Of a DNA stretch of 47,020 nt, positions 1-7,632 are shown in pieces (position 1 is the first letter of the stretch; every line of letters starts with the position of its first letter). Location: the IMG/VR virus record IMGVR_UViG_3300028138_000007, positions 1 to 47,020 of that record. One strand, 5' to 3'. The notes under the pieces were generated by a model, which was not told where the DNA came from, searched no databases, and saw nothing but the letters and a program-made list of their open reading frames with translations. The position numbers and the translations under genes were made by a program. This DNA is from a virus. Its lineage: Duplodnaviria; Caudoviricetes.

Positions 1-2
1 AT

Positions 3-1007
3 TTTGCACATACGTTTTACGTCTTCAGCGGTAGCTAGGGGCGCTTCTTTTCCAACAATCCCGTCCTGCCATGCTTTAACGTCAACGGAATCATCGCATT
101 CGTAGATCATGTCAGCATTAAGAGCTGCGGCGAATGGTTCAAATTCACGGGCGTTGGAGCATTTTCCGCAGGCAACGATGATACGGTCATGGTTTTCCTC
201 TCCCACGGCGGCGATGTTGATTTGGCCGCGTGCCCAAGCCAACAGGGCTTTGGAGTTTCGGCCAAAGGATGAGCGATCATACCCGACAGCTTTTGCTGCC
301 CCGGCTTTTCCGGTCAAGGCGTGATGGGCGACGATGATACCGCGTTGGGGGTTATCTTTCCTGCAAATTTTGGACAGGGTGCGCAGGGTAGCCTGCATAT
401 CGGCGTCTTTATTGATGTCCCCGATGGCGAAAGAAGCCAGCGGATCGATGACAATATTGTCCGGTTTGACCTCGGCAATGGCAGCTTCCAGCTTTCGCTG
501 ATTCTCAATGAGATCGAGTGAGACAAAGCTGTCAGAATCCTTTTCCAAGCATTGAATCGTGACCTTCTGGTTGAATATTTCCATCGCATCGGTTCCGAGC
601 CAATACTTGATTCGGGTGAAATCATCGTGAAGGCGGCGGTTGGAGTTCTCGTTTTGCAGGATCAGCCAGGATTGCTCCGAACCCCCTGTTTTGAACTTCA
701 AAAAGTCCCGCTTGGTGACAACGGACGCAATGGTTTGATTGATAAACCGGCTTTTGCCGATGCCGCCTTGTCCGGCTATGACCAAAGATTGGGCGCGGCA
801 AAACAGGCGGTCCCCAAGGATGTTGTCTGAATCATCAAACACCATGGAGACCAGTTCAGCGGGCCGGCGCAGGGTTAATTTTGCGGGTTCGGCTACGACC
901 TCGGTTTCATCAGGGAAATACTCAGCCAAGGCGGTATTGTGTCGGCGTTGGGCGGTGGCAACTTCCAGCGCGTCAGGGAAAGAGGGAACGGGTTCGGGGT
1001 CGTTCAT
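3..1007 (-). CDS. AAA_25/RepA-type (RecA superfamily) replicative helicase, 3' end runs off the window
   Basis: Absent from the ORF track because no stop is in the window. Translated by hand from ATG 1007 (ATGA overlap with primase stop): MNDPEPVPSF...SLVIAGQGGIGKSRF (Walker A)...WLILQNEN...NIVIDPL (Walker B)...IIVAHH...FGRNSKAL. Confidence 0.85.
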   Translation of the reverse strand, partial: MNDPEPVPSFPDALEVATAQRRHNTALAEYFPDETEVVAEPAKLTLRRPAELVSMVFDDSDNILGDRLFCRAQSLVIAGQGGIGKSRFINQTIASVVTKRDFLKFKTGGSEQSWLILQNENSNRRLHDDFTRIKYWLGTDAMEIFNQKVTIQCLEKDSDSFVSLDLIENQRKLEAAIAEVKPDNIVIDPLASFAIGDINKDADMQATLRTLSKICRKDNPQRGIIVAHHALTGKAGAAKAVGYDRSSFGRNSKALLAWARGQINIAAVGEENHDRIIVACGKCSNAREFEPFAAALNADMIYECDDSVDVKAWQDGIVGKEAPLATAEDVKRMCK

Positions 1008-1966
1008 GGTTTTAGCGGGTAAGGCAGCGTGTTGGGATTGAAATAGAGAACGGACTGGCGAACTTTGTTGTCGCGGGTGCCATCTGGCATCCGTATGAAT
1101 TGGGATTTAAGCCATGTCTTAGGATCGGCTCCGAGCTTCAGGGCATGATTCCAAAATGGCTTCAGCTTGTCGTCGGAGACGCCCATGCAGTACCACCAAC
1201 CATGGGTCGATTTTCCCCCGGAAGAAACGGCCAGCGTCATCGGCGTAACATCATTCAAAGCAAATAGCAGGGCCGCGCAAACATCGTGGACGGTGATGCC
1301 TTTGGCAGACAATCGGCGAAGCATGGGGGTGAATGGAGTTAAATTGCCGTGTTTGTCTTTCTCTTGGAAATCAAATTCAACCACCAGAAAACGGCGAGGT
1401 CCGGTGTTGTCTAGGCAGTGGGCTGAAATTTTCCCTTCCTGGGTTACGCCGGTCAATGACTTCATCGGCGATGGAACGATGAATGATTGTTGTTCCAGGG
1501 AGCCTCGCCATTCTTCGCGGGTCTTGGTTTCAAATTGATAGGCCGTCTTTCCGCAGCAGAGCAATGGATTGTCGGGAAAGAGTTGGTTGATAACGATTTC
1601 GCAGTTGTAGTCGTCATCGAAGGTAAATGGGGAATAATGGAACAGATCGGCTTGCCCCCTGCCTCGTAAAGCTTCAAATTCGATTTGCTTCAGGTCGGGT
1701 TCAATGGGTGCGGCAACCGTGTAACCCAGATCGGGTTTGGGTTGCCATGCAAAGTTGATGGAGTTGGCTAGTGCGGCTTTGATTTCACGGTCAGGAACCT
1801 TTCGTCCGCATTTGGCTAGCTTGGAGCGCAGCAAGGTTTCGATTTCGCCAATGGGCCAATGAGCATGGAGATTGCGGGCTACATCAAACATCCAGTCGTG
1901 GACTCCTGCACCTGCTGCCGGGGGGGAGTTTATTTTTTCCTGAAGGAATCGAGGGAGTTCTTTCAT
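1004..1966 (-). CDS. DNA primase, archaeo-eukaryotic primase (PrimPol/RepB'-like) family
   Basis: RFLVVEFD (motif I), VSSGGKSTHGWW (motif II, SxxGxH-like), LGADP...QFIRMP (motif III); translationally coupled to the helicase. Confidence 0.75.
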   Translation of the reverse strand: MKELPRFLQEKINSPPAAGAGVHDWMFDVARNLHAHWPIGEIETLLRSKLAKCGRKVPDREIKAALANSINFAWQPKPDLGYTVAAPIEPDLKQIEFEALRGRGQADLFHYSPFTFDDDYNCEIVINQLFPDNPLLCCGKTAYQFETKTREEWRGSLEQQSFIVPSPMKSLTGVTQEGKISAHCLDNTGPRRFLVVEFDFQEKDKHGNLTPFTPMLRRLSAKGITVHDVCAALLFALNDVTPMTLAVSSGGKSTHGWWYCMGVSDDKLKPFWNHALKLGADPKTWLKSQFIRMPDGTRDNKVRQSVLYFNPNTLPYPLKP

Positions 1967-2364
1967 TATTTTACGAGTTGAGGGGTAACGAGTTTGTGCC
2001 AGCAGTCATGGCAGACTTTGCAGAGATAATCCTTTGGCCACTTGTCGGCTTCCTCTTTTCCAAAGATAGCTTGAGGTGCCCAATGATGCAGTTCGGCTGT
2101 TCGTTCACCGCAGCGAACACAGCGATTTGAAACATTGGGCATGATCACGGGCAGCCCCTTGATCTGTTCTTCGTTTAAAGACCCTTTGATTGTTTCTTTA
2201 GCAATGAACACGCCAGGTGCTCCGAACGGATTCAATCGGATGCACTCAGTGCATTTCCAAACGAAGCTTTCTGCGCCTGATTGATATACAAAAAGGTGAA
2301 GTTGGGCTTTGGTTCGTTTTTTACAGCCAAGGCAAAAGCCTGACTTACAAAAAGTAGTTTCCAC
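1966..2364 (-). CDS. Zn-finger/HNH-like endonuclease
   Basis: CVRCG...ELHHW...YLCKVCHDCWH HNH-type pattern plus N-terminal CxxC pairs; likely GTG start at 2364 after GGAGG; TAATG overlap with primase. Confidence 0.55.
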   Translation of the reverse strand: METTFCKSGFCLGCKKRTKAQLHLFVYQSGAESFVWKCTECIRLNPFGAPGVFIAKETIKGSLNEEQIKGLPVIMPNVSNRCVRCGERTAELHHWAPQAIFGKEEADKWPKDYLCKVCHDCWHKLVTPQLVK

Positions 2365-2374
2365 GCCCCTCCAA

Positions 2375-2518
2375 TCCCGAACGGACACCGCCAACCGTCA
2401 CCTGGCTATCGAGCTTGCCGCGTTGCGCGACGAAGTTAACCACGGCGGCGGTGCCGGTTCGGAACTTGAGTGATAGTAACATTTAGCTCGATAATTTTCA
2501 AAGGCTGGTGAGAGCCTT
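2375..2518 (-). ncRNA. C4/CI-type antisense-like structured leader RNA upstream of the HNH-primase-helicase genes
   Basis: Long hairpin TTCCGAAC.GGCACCGCC...GGCGGTGTC.GTTCGGGA; its internal segments AGCTCGATA and GGTGA are complementary to upstream TATCGAGCT and a TCACC hairpin loop. Confidence 0.55.
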
Positions 2519-2672
2519 ATAGTGCATTGCCAGCCAGAGTTTCATTGCTCAACTCCAGGCCGACAAAAAGAAATTACCGCAGAAGAAGAAAGGATTGGAA
2601 GAAAAATCTGAAACTATTTTTGTAATCGCTCTAACACCGAGCTACTTCGTTTTCGTAGTTGCCGGAAGGGAG

Positions 2673-2855
2673 TTAATCGGCGCTACAGGCTGCAACTTGT
2701 TCTGAGAGTTCTTCTGCCGGTGTCTGTCCACTTTGGTAAGCATCGTGAAAATCTCTTGGATCATCGCCAATCAGCCAAAGCAGGTCGTGTTCGGCGGCTA
2801 GTTTTCTAAGTTCCAAAAACCACGCATCGAATGATGGTTTAGATTCGTTAGCCAT
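2673..2855 (-). CDS. hypothetical protein (60 aa, MANESKPSFDAWF...)
   Basis: ATG at 2855 overlaps the upstream stop; compact acidic helical phage-type protein. Confidence 0.6.
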   Translation of the reverse strand: MANESKPSFDAWFLELRKLAAEHDLLWLIGDDPRDFHDAYQSGQTPAEELSEQVAACSAD

Positions 2856-3093
2856 ATCGCGCTTTCTGGCTGCGTCCAGTTCCTGATGAGTCGCCGGAAG
2901 GATTGCACGCGCCCATGTCAGCGTGGACGCCCCCACAATCTGAGCAATTCCAAATCTTCCTAATTGGACACCTGGGCGCATTATCGAACATGAACTTGCG
3001 CAGCGCCTTCTCGCTCTCGAAGCTCAGCAGGTTCGCCTTCACGCATTGCGGCGGTGCGCCTCGGAAGCGGGGTGGATCGACGGCGGGAGTCAT
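2848..3093 (-). CDS. hypothetical protein with CxxC-H motif
   Basis: ORF track; coupled overlaps on both sides; WNCSDCGGVH. Confidence 0.55.
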   Translation of the reverse strand: MTPAVDPPRFRGAPPQCVKANLLSFESEKALRKFMFDNAPRCPIRKIWNCSDCGGVHADMGACNPSGDSSGTGRSQKARYG

Positions 3094-3332
3094 GGGCGTT
3101 TCGGATTACTTGGACATGGGCCGAACGGATCAACTGGCCCACTGGATGAACAGGAAAACATGAAGCATCCGCACGGACAACGATCCGTATTAGGATTGGT
3201 ATCGTAGGCGTGCTTGCCAAATTTCTTCGTGCTTACGGTTTTAGCCGTGAACCACACGCCATTTTCAATCCACACAGAATAGCCGCGACTAGGGGCCGGC
3301 TGTGGACAATTCCTTCCAATTTCAGTTTTCAT
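3090..3332 (-). CDS. hypothetical Cys-containing protein
   Basis: ORF track; 4-nt ATGA overlaps with neighbours. Confidence 0.55.
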   Translation of the reverse strand: MKTEIGRNCPQPAPSRGYSVWIENGVWFTAKTVSTKKFGKHAYDTNPNTDRCPCGCFMFSCSSSGPVDPFGPCPSNPKRP

Positions 3333-3598
3333 TTGAGCGTCAAAGCTTTATACGCAATGTCCTGCATCTCCAATGCCCCGCCGACAGGTTCGCTGTGAAC
3401 CGGAAAGTCATGTATCCGAATCAGCGCCGACTTGAACATCGTGTTCTCGGTTTGGAGTGCGTCTCGGACACGAGCCGTATTGGACAATTCTATTTTCAGC
3501 CCTTCGATTTGTGATTGCAGGCGCAGAACAGTTTCGTTCCAGGCTTTGTTCCGCATTTCAACTTCGCGGCTTTTTCTGTCAGTAGGTGGAGCGTTCAC
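3329..3598 (-). CDS. hypothetical coiled-coil protein
   Basis: ORF track; heptad-like LQSQIEGLKIEL; coupled overlaps. Confidence 0.6.
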   Translation of the reverse strand: MNAPPTDRKSREVEMRNKAWNETVLRLQSQIEGLKIELSNTARVRDALQTENTMFKSALIRIHDFPVHSEPVGGALEMQDIAYKALTLK

Positions 3599-3894
3599 TT
3601 CTTCGCCTTTCGAGTTTTGGGTTGGTGCGCCATAGCGAGCACAGCAGTAAAAATAAAACCTGCCTCTCGCGCTCTCATTGCGCCTTCCTTAAGTTGTTTC
3701 CGAACATCAATGGCGTGAGCGTTGCTTCCGTTCCATTCGCGGATATTATCGGTCATCGCCTCTAGTGCTAGAGCGACCCCTTCGATATTGCGGGCACAAA
3801 CAGAAATATTCGCGACAAACGGTTTCAGATCGGTTCTCATCCGCTCATCGTTGGCTTTGCAAATCTGCCTGAGTCCTTCGAGTTTATTTAGCAC
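3595..3894 (-). CDS. hypothetical protein
   Basis: Likely GTG start at 3894 (MLNKLEGLRQIC...), overlapping the stop of the upstream 56-aa ORF. Confidence 0.55.
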   Translation of the reverse strand: MLNKLEGLRQICKANDERMRTDLKPFVANISVCARNIEGVALALEAMTDNIREWNGSNAHAIDVRKQLKEGAMRAREAGFIFTAVLAMAHQPKTRKAKK

Positions 3895-4054
3895 GGTGAG
3901 CCTTTCGAGTTTTGGGTTTCTTCGCAATCGGGAGTCGTTGGCGATGCCTTGGCCTGAACGTCCGAACATCACAAACCGGATTGCTGCATGCAAAATCTCC
4001 ATCCCACATGATATAGCCTTTTTCCTTGCAGCACGGGCAGAGTTGCGCGGTCAT
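3884..4054 (-). CDS. small Zn-ribbon basic protein (56 aa)
   Basis: Below the ORF-track cutoff; MTAQLCPCCKEKGYIMWDGDFACSNPVCDVRTF...; ATGA overlap with upstream gene. Confidence 0.55.
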   Translation of the reverse strand: MTAQLCPCCKEKGYIMWDGDFACSNPVCDVRTFRPRHRQRLPIAKKPKTRKAHRAK

Positions 4055-4260
4055 TCAGTCCTCCAAATCCGGTAGCCTTTGCCGTTCTGCTTGCGTGTGG
4101 TGACTTTGATCTTGGCGTCCTTGGCGACACGCAGCGCAGACTTCCTGGCTGAATCGTCGGCTACCTCGAAGAATTGGCCGTTGCGCATCTTTTTAAGCGT
4201 GTCGCGCATCCAGTTTTTGTAGCGCGGGGGCACTGGCCCGGATTGAATTTTTACGTTCAC
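4051..4260 (-). CDS. small basic putative DNA-binding protein
   Basis: GTG at 4260, 6 nt after a TATGGT -10 box; MNVKIQSGPVPP...LKKMRNGQFFEV...KVTTRKQNGKGYRIWRTE, a common phage small winged-helix-like pattern. Confidence 0.65.
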   Translation of the reverse strand: MNVKIQSGPVPPRYKNWMRDTLKKMRNGQFFEVADDSARKSALRVAKDAKIKVTTRKQNGKGYRIWRTE

Positions 4261-4397
4261 GAGCGAACCATAATCGAATGGGTTGGAAACATGCAAGAAT
4301 AAAAAGTGAAAATAATGAAAGAAATATCTTGCAACTTTTCCAGCAATCGGCAGAATCCCTCTAGTGAGCACAAACTTAAACCTGAAACACTGAATCA
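4261..4397. promoter_or_regulatory. Divergent sigma70-like promoter region
   Basis: AT-rich gap between divergent operons. Minus: TTGCAT(4296-4291)-18-TATGGT. Plus: TTGCAA(4329-4334)-16-CAGAAT. Confidence 0.55.
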
Positions 4398-4682
4398 ATG
4401 AACAGCAAATTGCAGGCAATCGGGTCCGTGGCCGCTGAGGATTTACGGGCGTTTATCAAAGAGTCGGAAGACAAGATCATGGAGGCTTGGAACGCCTGCG
4501 TGGACGAGGCACAGACGCAAGAAACTAAACCTAAGCTGAACCTGGGGTTCTCGATCAAGCTCGATCTGGACGAGGACAAGATGGAGACAGCGTTGACGTT
4601 TGGTGTGAAATACAAAGTGTCCAAGGACGCGAACATCCCCGATCCAGACCAACTCAAGATGGAGGGAGTTTTGTCGGCGTGA
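4398..4682 (+). CDS. hypothetical acidic protein
   Basis: First ORF of the plus-strand block, A-rich leader, GTGA overlap with next gene. Confidence 0.7.
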   Translation: MNSKLQAIGSVAAEDLRAFIKESEDKIMEAWNACVDEAQTQETKPKLNLGFSIKLDLDEDKMETALTFGVKYKVSKDANIPDPDQLKMEGVLSA

Positions 4683-5056
4683 AGTTTACCGAACAGGATT
4701 TGCAAGATGCCTTCGCCCGAAATCGACACTTGGCCCAACGAAACCCAGAAATCAGCGGTGCGCCTCGTCCTGAACCATTACGTGCCGTCGAGTCGGAACC
4801 AGTTAAAAGGCGCTCACTGGTCCGCCGAGTTCCACGAAAAGAAACGAGCGGCCCTCGCTTTGAAATTATGTTTACTATCTACGCAGTCAGACCTTGCGAT
4901 TGGGACGGATGGCATGTTAAACCGCTCATCGACTGCCTCTGTCATGCTGGATGCTTACCTGGCGACGCATGGCATCAGCTTGAAGGACGTGTGCGTTCGA
5001 GAAAAGTTTCAACGAAAGAAGAAGAACGCACGGAAATAGAGATAACCAAATTATGA
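4679..5056 (+). CDS. rusA: RusA-like Holliday junction resolvase (catalytic C-terminal motifs)
   Basis: RPCDWDGWHVKPLIDCL...CLPGDAW...EERTEIEI matches the RusA DxDN..K...D..L...DD...TxIxI pattern; the N-terminal third lacks the expected PSxN motif. Confidence 0.6.
   Translation: MKFTEQDLQDAFARNRHLAQRNPEISGAPRPEPLRAVESEPVKRRSLVRRVPRKETSGPRFEIMFTIYAVRPCDWDGWHVKPLIDCLCHAGCLPGDAWHQLEGRVRSRKVSTKEEERTEIEITKL
4707..5039 (+). CDS. Overprinted +1-frame ORF carrying a RusA-like N-terminal motif
   Basis: VRLVLNHYVPSSRNQLKGAHWSAEFHEKKRAALAL resembles the beta1-PSxN..HW..kk-helix start of RusA-family proteins; nested fully inside 4679-5056. Confidence 0.45.
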   Translation: MPSPEIDTWPNETQKSAVRLVLNHYVPSSRNQLKGAHWSAEFHEKKRAALALKLCLLSTQSDLAIGTDGMLNRSSTASVMLDAYLATHGISLKDVCVREKFQRKKKNARK

Positions 5057-5060
5057 CTTT

Positions 5061-5161
5061 CTCCCCATGCGCAGCGAATCATCTAACCGAGGCCGAAGGC
5101 TCTCCATGCCTGAATTACTTGGGAAGACTTCGCTCGCCCCTGTCGGGTAACGTGTGGGGAG
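5061..5161 (+). ncRNA. Structured intergenic RNA / cis-regulatory leader candidate
   Basis: 11-bp closing stem CTCCCCATGCG/CGTGTGGGGAG enclosing AGCGAA/TTCGCT and three small hairpins. Confidence 0.45.
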
Positions 5162-5173
5162 GATTTTGATTTT

Positions 5174-5719
5174 ATGAATTCATATTTTGTTTTCGACGTT
5201 GAATCGGTTGGGCTGCATGGCGAGGGGTTCGCGGTCGGCGGTGGAGTCTTTCTTGCGAACGGCGCTATCCAGTGGGGATTCTGTTTGGCGTGCCCGATTG
5301 ATGAGGCCGAAGGACTCGACTATGATCGTTCGTGGGTGAAACGGAATGTTCCGGTTTTGGATGTAACTCATCACGGAACTTGGGGGCTGCGAATGGCTTT
5401 TTGGGATCACTGGATGAAGGCCAAGCGGGAAGGAAGCATTATGGCTGCTGATTGTCTCTGGCCGGTGGAAGCGAATTTTATTTCTGCCTGTATTCGAGAT
5501 GACGCGCAAAGATTGGTGGATGCTCCCTATCCATTCTTGGAGATCGCTTCCTTCCTGCAAGCTGCTGGAATGGACCCAATCGCAACCTATGACCGCACGC
5601 CATCGGAACTGCCAAAGCACGATCCTTATTGCGATGCCGTTCAGTCTGCTCGAATGCTGTCAGTTGCGCTTGCGAAGATTCGACAAGGTTGCCAAACACC
5701 AGCCGCCCGCGTAGAGTGA
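5174..5719 (+). CDS. DEDDh 3'-5' exonuclease (Rv2179c/RNase AS-like)
   Basis: ExoI motif FVFDVESVG and ExoIII motif HDPYCDA. Confidence 0.75.
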   Translation: MNSYFVFDVESVGLHGEGFAVGGGVFLANGAIQWGFCLACPIDEAEGLDYDRSWVKRNVPVLDVTHHGTWGLRMAFWDHWMKAKREGSIMAADCLWPVEANFISACIRDDAQRLVDAPYPFLEIASFLQAAGMDPIATYDRTPSELPKHDPYCDAVQSARMLSVALAKIRQGCQTPAARVE

Positions 5720-5724
5720 CGATC

Positions 5725-6282
5725 ATGCGTGACGAAACGAAACCAGTGGTGGACGCAATCAAACACGGCGTCCGCACCATCGAAAACGCTTTGCGCGAAC
5801 AGACTGAGAAGGTCGTAAACGCAATCACAGGTAGTAACAGTAAACCAAAAAGCTTCCACGGGATCGTAGTGATTCATCCGTTGGAGCCAATAAAGAAAGA
5901 ACCAAAACAAATGGACCCGATTAACCTCGGACAAATCCCACTCGGTCAACGGCTCCCGGTGCAAATCGTGCCTGACGAGCCAGTTGATGTTAAAAGCGAC
6001 GGCAACTTTGCGTCAGCAACCGTAACCAGCGGTGATTCCACCGTTGTTGTTGCTGGACAGGGCGACCCGATCCCCGAACGCCGATCCACGGCCAAGAGCA
6101 GCTTCATCTACTTCAATGGAGATGGCGCAGTTGGTGCCAAGGGCGCCGATGTTGCCGTTGACGGCCACGTTGGCCCGGACGATGTTGAGATCGTTCAGTC
6201 CTACACCTTTGAAGTCATTTCGCCCGATGCGACGGAGTTCAAATCCGTGACTGGCAAGTTGGAACCCATTCCGACGGCGTAA
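5725..6282 (+). CDS. hypothetical protein, beta-rich (Ig-like) C-terminal domain
   Basis: ATG 5725 just after the previous stop; a second possible start at ATG 5911 follows an A-rich leader; Val/Gly/Asp-rich beta-strand pattern. Confidence 0.6.
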   Translation: MRDETKPVVDAIKHGVRTIENALREQTEKVVNAITGSNSKPKSFHGIVVIHPLEPIKKEPKQMDPINLGQIPLGQRLPVQIVPDEPVDVKSDGNFASATVTSGDSTVVVAGQGDPIPERRSTAKSSFIYFNGDGAVGAKGADVAVDGHVGPDDVEIVQSYTFEVISPDATEFKSVTGKLEPIPTA

Positions 6283-6297
6283 ACAATTCCCGTAGTC

Positions 6298-6485
6298 CTG
6301 AAAACCATACCTCAGCATTATGTGGGCGGACATGTCCTAGCTGAAATTGGATGGATATGAAATCGTTTATTGGCACAGCGAGAGTAGTAGGTAATGCTCG
6401 GCGCGATCCGCCATCGCAGCCGTCAATTTAAGTCCGCAATGCACAACCGCCAGTCGCGCAAGTGGCTGGCGAGTTTAATTTTCAG
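6298..6485 (+). ncRNA. Multi-stem structured intergenic RNA candidate
   Basis: Nested stems CTGAAAA/TTTTCAG, GCATT..GCGGAC/GTCCGCAATGC, AAATTG(G)ATGG/CCGTCAATTT and hairpin CGCCAGTCGC-GCAA-GTGGCTGGCG (GNRA loop). Confidence 0.45.
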
Positions 6486-6704
6486 ATGAAACACCTAACC
6501 GGACTCCAAAGGCTCTGCCGCGATCACGGACGCATGAAGTGTGGTGACGTGTGGATGGTTTGGGATTATGTCAACGAATGCGCCGTGCCTGAGAAGGACA
6601 TGCCGCGCAACAGTGCCCGATATAAAGCCAGCGAAGCGGCTCATTGGCGCGAGATTCAAGAGGCGATGTTAGGCGGGACTAAGGAATGCGAAAAAGAAAG
6701 CTAA
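6486..6704 (+). CDS. hypothetical protein
   Basis: ATG 6486 (MKHLTGLQRLC...WMVWDYVNE). Confidence 0.6.
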   Translation: MKHLTGLQRLCRDHGRMKCGDVWMVWDYVNECAVPEKDMPRNSARYKASEAAHWREIQEAMLGGTKECEKES

Positions 6705-7060
6705 AATTGTGGAGAATCGATCCGCATTGTCATTGGTGCGGAATTTTGACGGTCATTCGAGAATATGAACCGCATCAATCGCAACTGCCCAATGATGCCA
6801 CAGTCGATCACCTTCGTAGTCGTTGGAGTAAGGAACGCGGAAAAGACAAAACAGAATCCACGGTACTAGCTTGTTATAAGTGCAATCAGGAACGAAACGA
6901 GAAAGAACAATCCAGCGTTCCAAAGGTCAAAGCTTGGGAGCGTTCCGGCAGGTATCCGAAAACGTTCAAAGAACTTTCACCAATTTTTGATGCGTCAGTA
7001 GCCCAATTGGCAGAGGCAGGAGGCTTAAACCCTTCTCGTGTCGGTTCAAATCCGACCTGA
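6686..7060 (+). CDS. HNH endonuclease
   Basis: CHWCG...ATVDHL...VLACYKCNQERN canonical HNH signature; reading frame runs through the tRNA gene. Confidence 0.8.
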   Translation: MRKRKLKLWRIDPHCHWCGILTVIREYEPHQSQLPNDATVDHLRSRWSKERGKDKTESTVLACYKCNQERNEKEQSSVPKVKAWERSGRYPKTFKELSPIFDASVAQLAEAGGLNPSRVGSNPT

Positions 7061-7067
7061 CGCACCA
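6992..7067 (+). tRNA. trnL: tRNA-Leu(TAA), short variable loop, encoded CCA
   Basis: GCGTCAG/CTGACGC acceptor, D arm GCC..AATTGGCAGA..GGC, anticodon arm GGAGG-CT TAA AC-CCTTC, T arm GTCGG-TTCAAAT-CCGAC, discriminator A, CCA. Confidence 0.92.
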
Positions 7068-7069
7068 TC

Positions 7070-7279
7070 TTACTGCCGCAAAATCGTCGTCTCAGTCTTC
7101 GTGACGTTGGTAGCGCAACCGACTGGCATCTCTCGGTCAAAGGTCACAGTGCCGTAGATGCTTTTCACTTCGATGTGAATATGCGCGTTGTCCTTAGACA
7201 TGGCCTGCGCCAGCTTGGTGATGTTGGTTGTTGAACAGGCGGATATCAAACACAGGGGAAGCAGAAGCAAGTATCTCAT
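7070..7279 (-). CDS. small lipoprotein (possible o-spanin/lysis accessory)
   Basis: MRYLLLLPLCLISA|C lipobox; last gene of the late operon. Confidence 0.6.
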   Translation of the reverse strand: MRYLLLLPLCLISACSTTNITKLAQAMSKDNAHIHIEVKSIYGTVTFDREMPVGCATNVTKTETTILRQ

Positions 7280-7632
7280 AAGCCTTTAAGATGTGCTACG
7301 CGATCCGCCGAAAGCAAGTGAATCATTTCGCTGATAGCCGCTCCTTTGGCCCACTCGCGATTGATAACCGCCTGCGGCAAAGAGTTAGTGGGACCATGTA
7401 GGTAGTTGAGCAATTCAAAATGCTCTACCTTCACCGCCGCCTCGTATCGCCCAACAGCCGCCCACGCTTCTTCGAGAGCTTTGCCGTCGATCTCGCCAGC
7501 CAAGTAAGCCTCATCAATCTGGGCCTTGGCCTTGGCAACCGTCAGGGATGGTGTGCGATGGAATCTTTGGACCGTAGAGCAGCCGCACAGGGCTAACAAA
7601 CATAGCGAGATAAAGAGAAGTTTCATAATCAT
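7276..7632 (-). CDS. lipoprotein
   Basis: MIMKLLFISLCLLALCG|C lipobox; ATGA overlaps. Confidence 0.65.
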   Translation of the reverse strand: MIMKLLFISLCLLALCGCSTVQRFHRTPSLTVAKAKAQIDEAYLAGEIDGKALEEAWAAVGRYEAAVKVEHFELLNYLHGPTNSLPQAVINREWAKGAAISEMIHLLSADRVAHLKGL

